Positions 13,001-24,332 of a stretch of 64,000 nucleotides of DNA are shown here, in pieces. A model generated the notes under the pieces. The model saw only the letters and a program-made list of their open reading frames with translations, had not been told where the DNA came from and did no database searches. A program made the position numbers and the translations under genes. Position 1 is the first letter of the stretch. Every line of letters starts with the position of its first letter. Source of the DNA: Phaeosaccion multiseriatum (Eukaryota; Protista; Ochrophyta, other classes); the NCBI GenBank assembly GCA_965112735.1, contig OZ218959.1:992001-1056000 (forward strand), in the 5' to 3' direction.

Positions 13001-15901
13001 GCCCACCTCTTTCTCCTCCTCCTCCTCCTTCACCCCCCGCCCCTCCGTCCCCTTTCGGCAGTGCCGGGCTCAGAGCCATCACCTTGCTCTTGGCCCCCAT
13101 CCAGGGGTCAAGCCTGCCCAGGAGGAGGTGTGCCCGAGCCTGTCCTTCCTGCTGCTGCTCCCCCTCACGCACCGAGACATCTGTGCTGCCCAGGAGTGCC
13201 ACGAAGCGTCGCACGGCCCCGCGGATATCCGCAGAGGCCAGGCAGAGAGCGTCCTCCCAGTCGCCACTCTCCTCTCTGCAGCTCTCCTCTCTGCTGCCCT
13301 TCTCTCCCCGCCCTCGTTGCGAGCCCCCCCATGGTGATGCACCCCCTCGGGAAACCCCCTCTCGGAACGCGGGGAGGTTCCTTCTCAAATGCCGCCGGCG
13401 TTCGCCTACCTCCATCTGTGCCGAAAGAGAGGAGAAGGAGATAGAGGGGAGAGGGAACAGCGAGTGAGATGAGGGCAGGGGGAGAAGAGCGAAGGGAAGG
13501 AAGGAAGGAAGGAAGGAATGAAGGAAGGGAGGAAGGAAGGAAGGAAGGAAGGAAGGAAGGAAGGAAGGAAGGAAGGAAGGAGGGGTAAGTCAGTCAGTCA
13601 GTCAATCAATGAGACCGTCAGTGAGTCAGTCAAGGATTCACTCAGTCAGTCAGTCAGTCAGTCAGTCAGCAAGCCGCCGTGCCTTACCCTTGCGAGAGTC
13701 TGCTCCAGCAGCAGCAGGCACGACAGCACCACCTGAGGGGCGTGAAGGCGAGCGTTGAGGTGCAGCACGAGCTCATACCCCTTGCGAGTCCACCCTCCAC
13801 ACCCCGACCCGCTCTCCCCTTCCTCCTCCCCTCCCTCCTCTCCCATCTCCCCCCCTTGCTGCTCCTGCTGCTGATGCTGTGGCCCTCCATTGGGACCCTC
13901 CAGGTAGAACACCTCGTCGTGAAGGACATGCACAGTCACGCCTCCTCCACCCCCTCCCTCCTCTCCTCCCTCCATGCTTGGATGAGGGCTGGAGCCGCCG
14001 CACTCCGTCTGCAGTGCTCTCGCCCTCTTCCTCCTGCGCCCCCTGGTGTCAGGACAGGTGCCCCCCTCGGGCAGAGCCGGGGTGCAGAAGCGAATGACCT
14101 CGCTGTGTACCTGTGGCATGCCTTCTGTCCCATGCACGAGAGAGTGTGACACACCCCCCTCGCCCTCTGCGGTGGAGGTGGAGCGGTTCCAAAGGATGGA
14201 GATCCTGTGCTGCGTGCCGGGTCGGAGCCCCTCCAACAGCAGCGCCTCAGGGCCGCCCCGCAGAGTACGCACACACACCGACTCTTGTGACGATGGCACG
14301 AGAAGGACTCCCCGTCGTTCCTCCGTCAGCACCACGACATTCGCTCGGCAGGCTGCCTCGAGTTGTAGGGTAGCGCTGGTGGGGCCCGCTGCCGTGAGGA
14401 GTGGGCGGAGGAGCAGCAGAAGAGGCGAGCACACGGCGTCTGCCTGCAGAAGCAGCGATTTCACGCGGTCCAAGGGGCTATACACGTCGCTCCCGACCCA
14501 GGGGGGGGCGCTCACTCCCCCAGGGGAGTACGTGGGGGGGTCGATGCCGCCGTAGCGACTGAGCGACAGGCGGTCGATCCTCTGCGCGGCCGTGGAAACG
14601 AGGCCTTTGAGCCTGTACACCGCCGTGAGTGTCTGCAGCAGCTGCAGGGGGAGCTCGGCGCTTTTGACCCACCACAAGAAGTCGGTGCGTGACAGCCCTC
14701 TGTCGTGCTTGCTGCTGCCCCTGCCCAGCCCATCGGTAAGCGCTAAGCGAGCCTCGTAGTCCACCTCCGCTGCTGATAGCGCTTGGGACACGAGGCCCAA
14801 CTTGTGCAGCACCGCCGAGCAGCAGGTGAGGAGCATGGCCAGGTCCCCGTGCGCCATGAAGGGCCCCTCCCCGCCCTCGAAGCCACTGGTGTAGCCTCGG
14901 GGGTAGCCAGCGAGGAACGGGACCTCGCCGTCGCTGATGGAGGCCCCACTGCTGGGCGCGTAGTTGGTGGTGTTCCCACCTTTGGTCTGCTGTCCCACGA
15001 CCTGCTTCTGCTGCGGCTGCTGCTGCTCGGCAGGGTCGTGTGGCCCCGCGCCCCCCGCAGCGAAGAGCGAGAAGAGGAACGAGGCCTTTGCGTCTAGCTC
15101 TCCGCAGCAAGCAAGCCCCAGGCCGGTCAGCAGGCCCAGCAGGGCCAGGCGAGGCCCAGGGGTGCCGCCCTGATGAGCAGACAATGCAGGACAAGTCAAG
15201 GATAGGGGCAGAGAAGAGAAGCACCAACCAAGGAGTGAGAAGAAGCGGCTTGTGGCTGTTACGGGTTAGTGGTGCGAAACGCTGTCCACTCCCTCAATAG
15301 AGGACGAGCTGCCAAGAGCATGCCTCCTTCGCCTCGTCCTGGGGCCCACCTTGCTTTTGGACCACGCATTGGACCCCTCCTCTGCGAGCAGCGCAAAGGC
15401 CCTGCGGAGGAAGGCCTCGCTGAAGACCTCCCTCTTGGAGAAGGCTGGACATGCCAGTAGCTCCTCCAGAGACACCGACAGATCGAACACGGAGAAGGGT
15501 CGAGGCACCTTGCGGTCCCAGTACCTGAGGCACGTGAAGCGGTGCAACAGTGGAAGATGGGGGGACAGCAAGCGGCTCAGCGCACCTTACAAACTAAAGG
15601 CAGAGCCTCATGAGTGTCCTCACCTAAGTCTGAACAAGGCCCCTTCGACCTGCTCGATAGTGAGCCTCTCGAACACATCAATGATGACGTCCCCCCCTCG
15701 CAGTATCTGCCGCAGACGCCGCTGCTGCACGCTGGTCACTCTTCTGCTGCCAACCCCTCCACTGCTAACACCCTCTTTCCCCTGAAAGTTGTTGAGGCAG
15801 TGAGCCACAGCCGCCCCCAGACCCCTGTGGTTTAGAGGCAGTCTGGACACATCCGTCTGGAGCTCCTCCTTGCTGTGGATGGGGTGGGCTGCAGGCGCCA
15901 T
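1..15901 (-). CDS. Very large multi-exon protein: EF-hand-like N-terminus plus about four tandem degenerate PhoD-like (alkaline phosphatase D fold) modules; 3' end at or beyond the window edge
   Basis: ATG at 15901, with GT-AG introns linking minus-strand ORFs 15620-15901, 15266-15571, 13658-15199, 8031-13415, 7045-7776, 5515-6768, 4909-5445, 4072-4674, 2998-3618, 1849-2589, 1572-1895, 573-1373 and 43-423. Recurring motifs are GPVVGxV...VLVEV, L(S/E)GLRxGxxY, VVLHLGGQ/DLVVHLG, YRxxW, LLCLDAR, LLSEEQW and DAW...LLAWK...EVLLVAG. ACCGELDAKASFLFSLF resembles calcineurin-B/recoverin EF-hand regions. Confidence 0.6.
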
Positions 15902-16623
15902 TTCACGCCCCTCTATCCTGAGATGACACCGCCTCTGGACTGCGTTGGGACGGTGTGCCTCCGCCTGCTGCTGCTACTGCTGCTGCTATGCTGCAGCTGC
16001 CTGCTGCTGCTGCTGCTGCTGCTGCTGAGAGATGCATTTTCTGAAATATCGATGATCCTGAACTGCCAAGTAGTTGTCATCTGTAGGGAATGAGACCAAC
16101 TGCCGTACTACTTGCTTGGCATCGAAAAAAATGAAACCGTTTTTTTTTTTAACGTGCGGAGATATCGCGAGAGGCATCCGCTGAAGGGAAATGGGAGGCC
16201 CCTTGGGCCTTGAGACCAGTCCGCAGGATTCCATGTCTTCCAAAACTGAAAGAAAGTACTGCCGTGTCGTACTTTAGAAAAAGAGAGGGGGGGAAGTTGA
16301 GCCGTTGTGAAGGGGAGAGAGGCCACCGAGGAGGATGGCGGCCGTGCAGGAAAAGCGACGGACCCGCCCAAAGATGTATTGCCAATACATCAGGCTTCCT
16401 GTACAACAGAGAAGGGACCGATCCCACCAGTAGGATAAGGGGTGAAGGAAAAGACGAGGCCTAAGAACCTGTGCTTGACGGCGTGTGAAAAGAGAAAAGC
16501 TGTGCCTGCGTGACGCACAACGCTGCGCAGCAACCCCTCTCCTCCCTGCTCGTTAATCCCCCCACACGAGCGTGAGGAGCAGTGGTAGAGAAGCTGTAGG
16601 GGGGCGTTCTCTCCTGCCCGCTC

Positions 16624-17568
16624 ATGATTGGAGTAGGCCCAGCTGGGGCAGGGGGCATGGAGCAGGGTGCATTGGGCCCGCAGGAGTGCAAAAGCCCAGG
16701 AGGAGGACGCCGGGTAGGAGGCGCCAAGTACGTCAAGCGAAGGGCGGGAGCGGGTCGAGGCAAATTGCTGGCCTCTCTGCATGGCAGTAACACGGCCACA
16801 GGCATGGGTGCTCCCTTCGGTGGCCTTAGTGGGGGCGGCGGCTGCAAATGCTCGTTGCAGTCCGCGCCGTCCCTGCTGTCACCACCATCAGCGCTTCCAA
16901 AGCCGCTGGCACTACAGCTACGGATGTCAAACAACAAGTCGTCCCTCTCGCCCATCTTGCGTCCGCAGACGGTGAAGCGGCGGAGGAGGTACTTGCAGAG
17001 GGAAGTGGTTAGGTGCCTCGGAGACGCTTTGCAGGCCCTCGTGGAGCGCAAGCCTTTGGATGGGCTACAGTGGCTCGTGACCCACTTCTCTGAGCTCTGT
17101 GGGGAGGACAAGGCTCGGCTCGACGAGCACTTGGCTACTCTGGAACTGCAGCGAGAGCGAGCACGCCTTCAGCGCCAAGTAGAGGCATTGGAGAAGGACA
17201 AGACAGAGAAGGAGGAGCGCCTCGCACACCTAAGGGTGGAGAAGCGGGCCCAGGAGAAGCGCCAGTCCGCAGAAGCAGCGGCCATGGAAGGCGCAAAGGC
17301 AAGGGTTTCCCCTCCCGTTGGCCAAGTGGGTGTGCACGTTTGTCTGCGCGAGCCTCGTTTCGGCGCCCGCTACACGCCCTTCATCGACAAGGGCGCGGCG
17401 GCGAGTGATGTTGCCGTGCACGTGTGCGGCAGCGCCTCAACCTTCCGTAGTCGATACGTGCCCGTGCCGGCGCTGGCACTAGAGCAAGCCAAGAGGAGGG
17501 CGTCTGGCGAGGAGGGCCCAGGGGGGCGTTCTCTCCGTGCGGCACCTGCAGCGACGACTGCGTCCTGA
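16624..17568 (+). CDS. Dpy-30/RIIa-like dimerisation-motif protein with coiled coil
   Basis: Single 314-aa ORF. RRYLQREVVRCLGDALQALVERKPLDGLQWLVTHF fits the Dpy-30/RIIa D/D pattern and is followed by a heptad-rich coil. The true start may be a downstream ATG. Confidence 0.6.
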   Translation: MIGVGPAGAGGMEQGALGPQECKSPGGGRRVGGAKYVKRRAGAGRGKLLASLHGSNTATGMGAPFGGLSGGGGCKCSLQSAPSLLSPPSALPKPLALQLRMSNNKSSLSPILRPQTVKRRRRYLQREVVRCLGDALQALVERKPLDGLQWLVTHFSELCGEDKARLDEHLATLELQRERARLQRQVEALEKDKTEKEERLAHLRVEKRAQEKRQSAEAAAMEGAKARVSPPVGQVGVHVCLREPRFGARYTPFIDKGAAASDVAVHVCGSASTFRSRYVPVPALALEQAKRRASGEEGPGGRSLRAAPAATTAS

Positions 17569-18211
17569 GAAAAGTTGTGCATCACACCCCTGGTACTTAG
17601 AAAGAAAACGTTTGCTCCCTTTTTAAGTGCCCTTGATCACACACACCTCCTGTACAGTACTTTGCACACAACTCCTGGCTGGCGGGCAGAGGCGGTCGTG
17701 GAGTGGTCGATCATTGTCAGGCGGTGGCCTATAGTGGCATAATCTGGCAGCAATTTAGCGAAATGGAGAGGTCTATGAAGGACGAGGAAGATCAGGAGGT
17801 GTGGAATAGACATTTATTACGCTTACTACTACTATTTATAGTCTCCATCACATCACTTTGTGTACACACTAAACTAAATACTAACAAGGCTTCTCTTCCT
17901 ACTTTGGGTAAGCAACAAGGGGGTCTAATTTATGTGTTCAGAATGAGGCCCCCTTGGTTTATTTCGGGCACTTCTCAGCCTCCAGCTGCTGCTGCTGTCT
18001 TTGCCAGGTGTAGAGCACCCGCTCCAAGACAGCACTCCACAACTTCGCTCAAGCGCTGCTGCTTGTCTGTCCGCAGCTCAGGGCCGACGATTCGACAGAG
18101 CCACAATCAAGCAAAGTTAGTAAACAGACCTGAGCAGCTGGAGGGACAGCACTCAGTCGTCTTGACACCAACCCTGAGCAGCTAGAGAGACCGCACTCAG
18201 TTGTCTTGACA

Positions 18212-20449
18212 TCACCCCCTCGGGGCCATCATAGCCCCCTCGTCCTTGAAGGCGATGGAGCAGCTCTTGAGCAAGTTCAGCGCCTTTAGCGTGCCCTTCT
18301 CGTAGCATGTCACCTTAATCTCGCTGCCCCCGAAGGTCATCTCCACGTCTACGCCGCGCTCCTTGAATGGCTTTGTCATGTCCATCCCAATCTCAATAAT
18401 GGCCACCTCTCGCGTGTACACATCGGGGTCCTTGACGTACTCCACGTCCTTCTGTCGGCTGGTGAGGAGTATCAAAGTGATGCTCGTGTGCGTGTCCAAG
18501 ATTGGAGAATAGCCTGCACGGGCCTTAAAGCCATGCGGTATTGAATCTCCCCTCGTCACATGTTTGCGAAGTATCCGGAGTCGCTCTTCTCCACATATCA
18601 TTTCCATCTGATGACGCCGTGCCTCGTGCTCCTGCTTGCCCGGCTTGAACTTTGTGGTGCTTCTAACGCAGTAAGTCAGGCGAGCGATACGAGAGGCGAA
18701 AGTCGCTTCACTTGAAGCAAACAGGACTGCTCCCTTGACGATGGCCAGTCCCGGTCGCGGGGCCTCCACGACATGTAGACCGTTGATCGAAGAAGTGTCC
18801 TGGAACCTTTCCCGCACAGCGTTGCGCAGGATGGAGCATTCGCTGAAGCCGCCCACCAGAATGATGTACTTGAGACCATGCAGGCGCTTGTCCAGCAGCA
18901 GCTCGGCCACGAACGCGACGATCTGCGACACCTGCGACGAGAACCACGGCTCCACCACTGCGGGAGGGATCTTCAAGGTCCGCTTCATGCCCCCAAGGCG
19001 CTCCTGCGAGGGCGGGGCGGGGCGGGGGGGGGGGGGGGCTTATGAGCAAAAGAGCTTAGAGAAGCACGTCACCCCGACTGCTTCTATGTTTGGACGCCGT
19101 TCTCTTACCTCGTCCGAGTGACTGTAGTTGTAAAAGTCCTTGAGGAGCTGCAAGTCGTTGGTCTCCAGCTCAAGCCCGTCCGCCAAATCTCCGAGACTGA
19201 GGCTGAGGTTTTCACCCTTGGCGTAGCCGATTTTCTGATCTTCCCACCGCCGCATGAGAGCGAGCTCGTGAGGAGTGCCTTCAACCCTACTCCAGTTGGC
19301 TGCTCCCAAGAAGGACTGTCAAGACGGTGGTAGGGAAGACAGGACAGACCAGAAACGGAGGCGTCAAGGAGACGGGTTGACCAAAGCCGATCTCGACGAG
19401 CCGACGTCATTGCTTGCAAACAGATAGCCCTCCCCTCTTGTCTGCTGCTCTCACATTCTCCCTGTCTTTCGGCTCCGCCCCCATCTCTTTCCCGTTTCTC
19501 TCGGCCGCTCATTCTGATGACACCTCGCTCCTTACACACTCCACGCTTCAGGTACTCTCCACTGCTACTCATTCACTCACTCATGCACCAACCAAGCCTC
19601 GCCCAATCCTTGGCTAACATGTCCACCTACCTGCATGAACTTTTTGAACTCCTCGTCCACTTTCCCCGCTGCCCATGACCCGCCACAGGGGGCGATGAGC
19701 TCCGCTAGCCTCAGAGGCTGCGTCTGTGTCAGGGTATGCGCCGTGATGTCGACCGTTCCCCCCCCGCAGTCGAGGACCATGATCTTGTCCCCCGGACTCC
19801 ACGGTCGCATGGACTCAGGTGTGGCATTGACACACAAACACGCCGCCTCCGGCTCCAGGCATAGCTTCACTTGAACATTGTCGACGCGGTCACTCTTCAG
19901 GCCCGCTTGGAACGCAGCTTCTTGCATAAACGACTTGCCGAAATCGAGCCAGATGGCAGGCACAGTGAGCATCCACTTGATACCATTGGCTTGCACGTGG
20001 AAGCCGCTTCGGCAGAGGCGCTCAAGAATCTTCACTTTGAAATACTTGAGGGCAGCTGAGAACACGTGCATGAGTGGCATCGCCTGGCCATCCTCTGCAT
20101 AAGCGAGTGGCTCCAAAGTACTCTCGTATCCGCCAGGCTTGTGCAGGTGCATCTTAAAATGCCTAAAGAGCATCCATTTTGGATTCGCAAGCTTGCCTTT
20201 CTCCTCATCCAAGTACCGCTCAATGGCCGCTTTCCCGAAGCTCGTCGCCTCCGTAGCGGCCCCGTCTGCCCTCTCGATGAGAACCGCGGTCTCGTCTTTG
20301 TCCCACCCGTCAGCTTCCCCGTCAGGAGTTGACATGCGTATATCATGGTGCTCAGTCCCAACCGTCCCGTACGCGTACGCCGACCTGCTTGTTCCCAGAT
20401 CGATGGCCACCACAAAAGCGCCTGCAGCAGCAGCTGCGAAGGCACTCAT
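18212..20449 (-). CDS. HSPA12-like atypical Hsp70, copy A (3 exons: 20449-19631, 19315-19109, 19003-18212; ~605 aa)
   Basis: Hsp70/actin-fold motifs VVAIDLGTSRSAYAY, WMLTVPAIW, LCLEPEAACL, MVLDCGGGTVDIT, IILVGGFSEC and PGLAIVKGAVLF. Phase-0 GT-AG introns. No canonical lid or EEVD tail, as in HSPA12-type proteins. Confidence 0.88.
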
Positions 20450-20853
20450 GATCACCCTCTCCTCCCTTTAAGTTCTCTCTCTCCTGCTGCTTCCTACTCC
20501 TGCCGCTCCTCCTGCTGACCACAAATAGAAATAGACGTCTGGAAAATCACGAAAGTCCCCCCACACTTATTCCTCACTCCTCCGACGGCGGCGTTGATTT
20601 CTGTTGAGCTGCTCCCGCGATCTAGCCGTCTTCGGGGTATGATGTGTGAGCATTTGTGGGGTTAGTGCTTTATGTATTGTGCGCAGGAGATTGAACGAAC
20701 TGCTCCCACGTAGCACGCACTCGGGATTGCAGCGCACAGCACAGCATGGTTTGTTTTTAGAGAGCAGAAGCGTGGTGAAGGAGTTTGTTGGAGGGCTCAC
20801 GCTGCGCTAGGCACTTTTCTCTCTCTCTGAATCAGGTGCAGGTGCTGAACACC

Positions 20854-22725
20854 ATGTTTGGAAAGCCGAGGGACTCACGCACTCAACCCTTAGACCAGCT
20901 TGCGACCGGAATCCCGAGACCACGCAGTACTAGCCGAAGTAGCGCCACCAGCAGTACATGCACCGGCAGCCCGCCGTCCCCCCCGTCCCCACCGAATTTG
21001 ATCAATGCTCCAACGAGGAGGGCAGCACACGCCTTTCCACGTGGTGTAGAAGACGAAGGGGCCAAGCGAAGAACAAGAAAGCTCGAGATCGGACTTCGTG
21101 AGGCCCAGGACGAGGGGAGGGCCGCCACGGATCGATACAATCGACTAAAGAAGGGGGCAAGGGAGTTGATAAGAAGCATAGAAGAGGAATCGAACGCCAA
21201 GAGAAGAGATAGCGAGCGCGAGCTGGAGGCAGCAAAGAACGACACTGATCGCCTCCGCAGAGAGCGGAATGACTATCGGGAGAAGATCGTTGAGCTTGAA
21301 AGGACGAAGGAAGCCTACAAAGATCAGGCACGAGAGCACCGTATTGAGGGCAAGAAGATGGAGGATGAAAGAGATACGGCCTTGCGCCAGTACGGAGAGG
21401 TCAAGGAGGAGCTCGTCAGCATGAAGATGGGTATGGGGGAATCTGCGGAGAATATGGAGGGACTGGAGGGAGCGATGGGCATCATCAAGAGCTTGGAGCA
21501 GGCAGGCAGTGTGACGGAGCTGGCCAAGGTCTCCCTCGAGCTTGACCAGGTCAGCGCGGAGCTTGCCCAGGTCACCGAGGAGCTTGCGAGTGTCAAAGTT
21601 GAGATGGCAGGGAAGGTGGAAAATCTGGATGAAGCGCTGCGCCTCAAGAGCCAGGAGTACCGCGACGTCTACAGGAACATGACGGAAGTCTATCAGCTAT
21701 ACGAAGAGACCAAGACGGAGCTTTCGTGCGTCAAGACCGACAACGGCCACGTCGCTAATGAGATGGCGGCTCTTCGAAATAGGCGTGATATGAAGGTGAA
21801 GGATCTGGAGGTAAAGCTGCGAGACAAGTGCGAGGAATGCGACCATGGAACCTGCCACGGCGCGAAGGAAACTAGGCAGCTGCTCAAAGAGGCCGAAGCG
21901 GAGCTGGAGAGGATAAAGGCTGAGAACACCAGGATTGTGGGCCAAGCTCTGCTCCGGGATGCCTCCGTCAACGCGGGTGTGGCCAACATTGCCTCCAGCT
22001 TGAAGAGCGGCCAGGAGGTGGGACGCATCATCGGGACGACCTTGCGACCGGCGCTAGAGGATCTAGTTGAGATTATGCTGGAGGCCGAGCACGGTGTGCC
22101 CTGCTATCTCCTCTTCCTCCTTACGTGGATTTGCCGTAAGGCCGTGAAGAAAGAGGAGAGGACACGGCTCCATGGCCTCCGCGGTTTCTTGGGAGAGATT
22201 GAGGACATTAGCGGCAGTTTCGCCACCGTGGGGCACGCCAGTTCTGCCGCGACGAAGGAGTTCGTCTCATACCATGTGCACGCCAACGGCTCCAAGCTCC
22301 TGCCGCCACTGTCAGTTACGGAAGTCGCCTCCCTGCCCATCATGGGAGAGGAAGGGGGGCACGGCCACAATCCCATGGTGCGCATGGCGAACAGCGTGAT
22401 ACAGAGCGCCAGGACAAGCCTGGAGGCCGACAAGAATGTCGACGAGGAGCTCCGAATCGCAGCGCTGGTGTGGATGGACAGGCTGTGGAATACACGAGAG
22501 CTGCAGAAAGTGGTGCAGGTAGCGCTTTTCGTTTTCGCACAATGCGCGCTGCAGCCTCATGGAGGTGCCACCATCTGTGAGGGAGAGCACGACGCAATCG
22601 GATCAAGGGCTCGGTTCGATCGAGCAAAGCATGACGAACCACTAGACGGCGAGAGTGGCGTGGGAAGAGACTGCGTCGTAATGTTTCCTCGAACCAAGTT
22701 CTCCAAAGCGCTCGTGCTGATGTAA
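20854..22725 (+). CDS. Intronless long coiled-coil protein with helical region and GrpE/MIEAP-like C-terminal motif, copy A (~623 aa)
   Basis: First ATG at 20854 in the 646-codon ORF. Ser/Pro-rich N-terminus, ~300 aa of E/K/R heptads, then a C-terminus ending RFDRAKHDEPLDG...CVVMFP...KALVLM. A paralogue lies at 29184-30527. The domain call is an inference. Confidence 0.8.
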   Translation: MFGKPRDSRTQPLDQLATGIPRPRSTSRSSATSSTCTGSPPSPPSPPNLINAPTRRAAHAFPRGVEDEGAKRRTRKLEIGLREAQDEGRAATDRYNRLKKGARELIRSIEEESNAKRRDSERELEAAKNDTDRLRRERNDYREKIVELERTKEAYKDQAREHRIEGKKMEDERDTALRQYGEVKEELVSMKMGMGESAENMEGLEGAMGIIKSLEQAGSVTELAKVSLELDQVSAELAQVTEELASVKVEMAGKVENLDEALRLKSQEYRDVYRNMTEVYQLYEETKTELSCVKTDNGHVANEMAALRNRRDMKVKDLEVKLRDKCEECDHGTCHGAKETRQLLKEAEAELERIKAENTRIVGQALLRDASVNAGVANIASSLKSGQEVGRIIGTTLRPALEDLVEIMLEAEHGVPCYLLFLLTWICRKAVKKEERTRLHGLRGFLGEIEDISGSFATVGHASSAATKEFVSYHVHANGSKLLPPLSVTEVASLPIMGEEGGHGHNPMVRMANSVIQSARTSLEADKNVDEELRIAALVWMDRLWNTRELQKVVQVALFVFAQCALQPHGGATICEGEHDAIGSRARFDRAKHDEPLDGESGVGRDCVVMFPRTKFSKALVLM

Positions 22726-23212
22726 GTATAGCAGACCACAAGGTTGACAAATACATAGGAGTAACGAAATAAGTAATTAAGGTTGTAATGCATAGGAGAC
22801 AGATACACGTCTTTGAGCAGCACAGCACTGTCTTCACTCCCTGTTGTAGCACTCCTTGTCGCGACACTCCTTCTCCTGGGCGTTTGGTCCTCTCCTTCCC
22901 CCGCCGCCCATCCCGTGTCCCCCCCCCCGGAGCACGTGCCCCACTCGAGCTGCAGTGGTGTACGACAGCCAAAAGCACGACGCTTCTTCATGTTCCCCAC
23001 ACTAGGGCGCCTCTGCATCAGCCCCCCCCTTCCCTAGGGACCGAACCGCCGCCTTCCCCCCCCACTCGCTCTCACTGGGCACCGCGATGGCTTCTCCCCG
23101 TACTGCCTCGAGGCCGGTTACGAGTCTTTCTTCTGTCTCTGACACCTTGCGACTCACCACGCCGTTGTGCAGCAGCGGTGCCCACCACTTGGCTGCATGG
23201 GACGCGGAGGGT

Positions 23213-23596
23213 TCAGCAGGCACAGGGAATGAGGTATTGGGGGAAGGAGTGTGTGGATGGCACCTGATGTGAGCCAATCAGCACGGATGCCGGCGCTCAC
23301 CTGGCACCTGCCGGTTGTAATCGTGCAGCAAGTTTGCCCTCTTGTTGAGCAGGCCGGGGTCTCGCTCCAGCCCCACGCTCCGGGCCATGTTCACAAGCAG
23401 CACCTGTGGACGGACACGTGACAACACAAGAGGGGCATAAGGCCACAGGAGGAGGCTCCCAACCCGCACACACTCACACACACACGCACACACACTCACT
23501 CACGAATACACACACACTCACACTCACGAATACACACGCACGTATACACACGTACACACACAAGCACATACAAACACGCACATCCACCAACACACA

Positions 23597-23636
<40 letters not shown>

Positions 23637-24291
23637 CACACACACGCAAACTCACCTCGAGCGAGTGGAAGGTGGAGGCAAATGAAAAGTCGTCGCCCCG
23701 TCGGATGCGCAGCAGCCACTGCGGTCGATAAGGATACAGAGCAAAGGGGGTTGGCGTGAAATCAGAGTACCACACCATACCACATCTCCGCAAGACCACA
23801 TCAGGCTCTGTGTTTGTGTCCTGTTTATGAACCGTGCGCTTCTCCCGACGGAGCTACGAAACCTTTACTTACGGGACTCCAAAACTTTTGGAGGATGTTC
23901 CTGTGGAGAATGAAGCCTCGCTCCGCATCCTCCGGTCTGTCCGCGTCAATCCTGAGCACCGACGCGAAGCTGCCCAGCATGCGCTTGGCCACGAACACGA
24001 GGGAGGTCGCCTTGGAGCGGTTGGGGAAGAATACGTCGAGAGAATCCAGGCGGTAGCTCTCGCACGCCGGCACGTAGGCCTGAGGGGGAGGAGAGGGGCG
24101 TGAGAAAGGACAGGCGTAGGAGTAAGAGAGGGAGAGAGAGAGGACGGAGCGGTGGGCGAAAAAAGCACAGGCGTTTAGGCAAAGAGGGAGAGAGAGAAGA
24201 GAGGGAGAGAGAGAGAAGAGAGGGAGAGAGAGAGAAGAGAGGGAGAGAGAGAGACAGAGAGAGACAGAGAGAGACAGAGACAGAGAGAGAT

Positions 24292-24332
<41 letters not shown>

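Larger units (their letters stand above)
18020..22740. repeat. Left arm of inverted segmental duplication (Hsp70-like + coiled-coil gene pair)
   Basis: Reverse-complement similarity to ~29200-33080 in exons, Hsp70 intron 1 and 3' flank (ctccaagac...aacttcg...gcgctgctgctt...cgcagctca...ttcgacag). The head-to-head spacer and the 5' part of the coiled-coil gene do not align. Confidence 0.9.
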
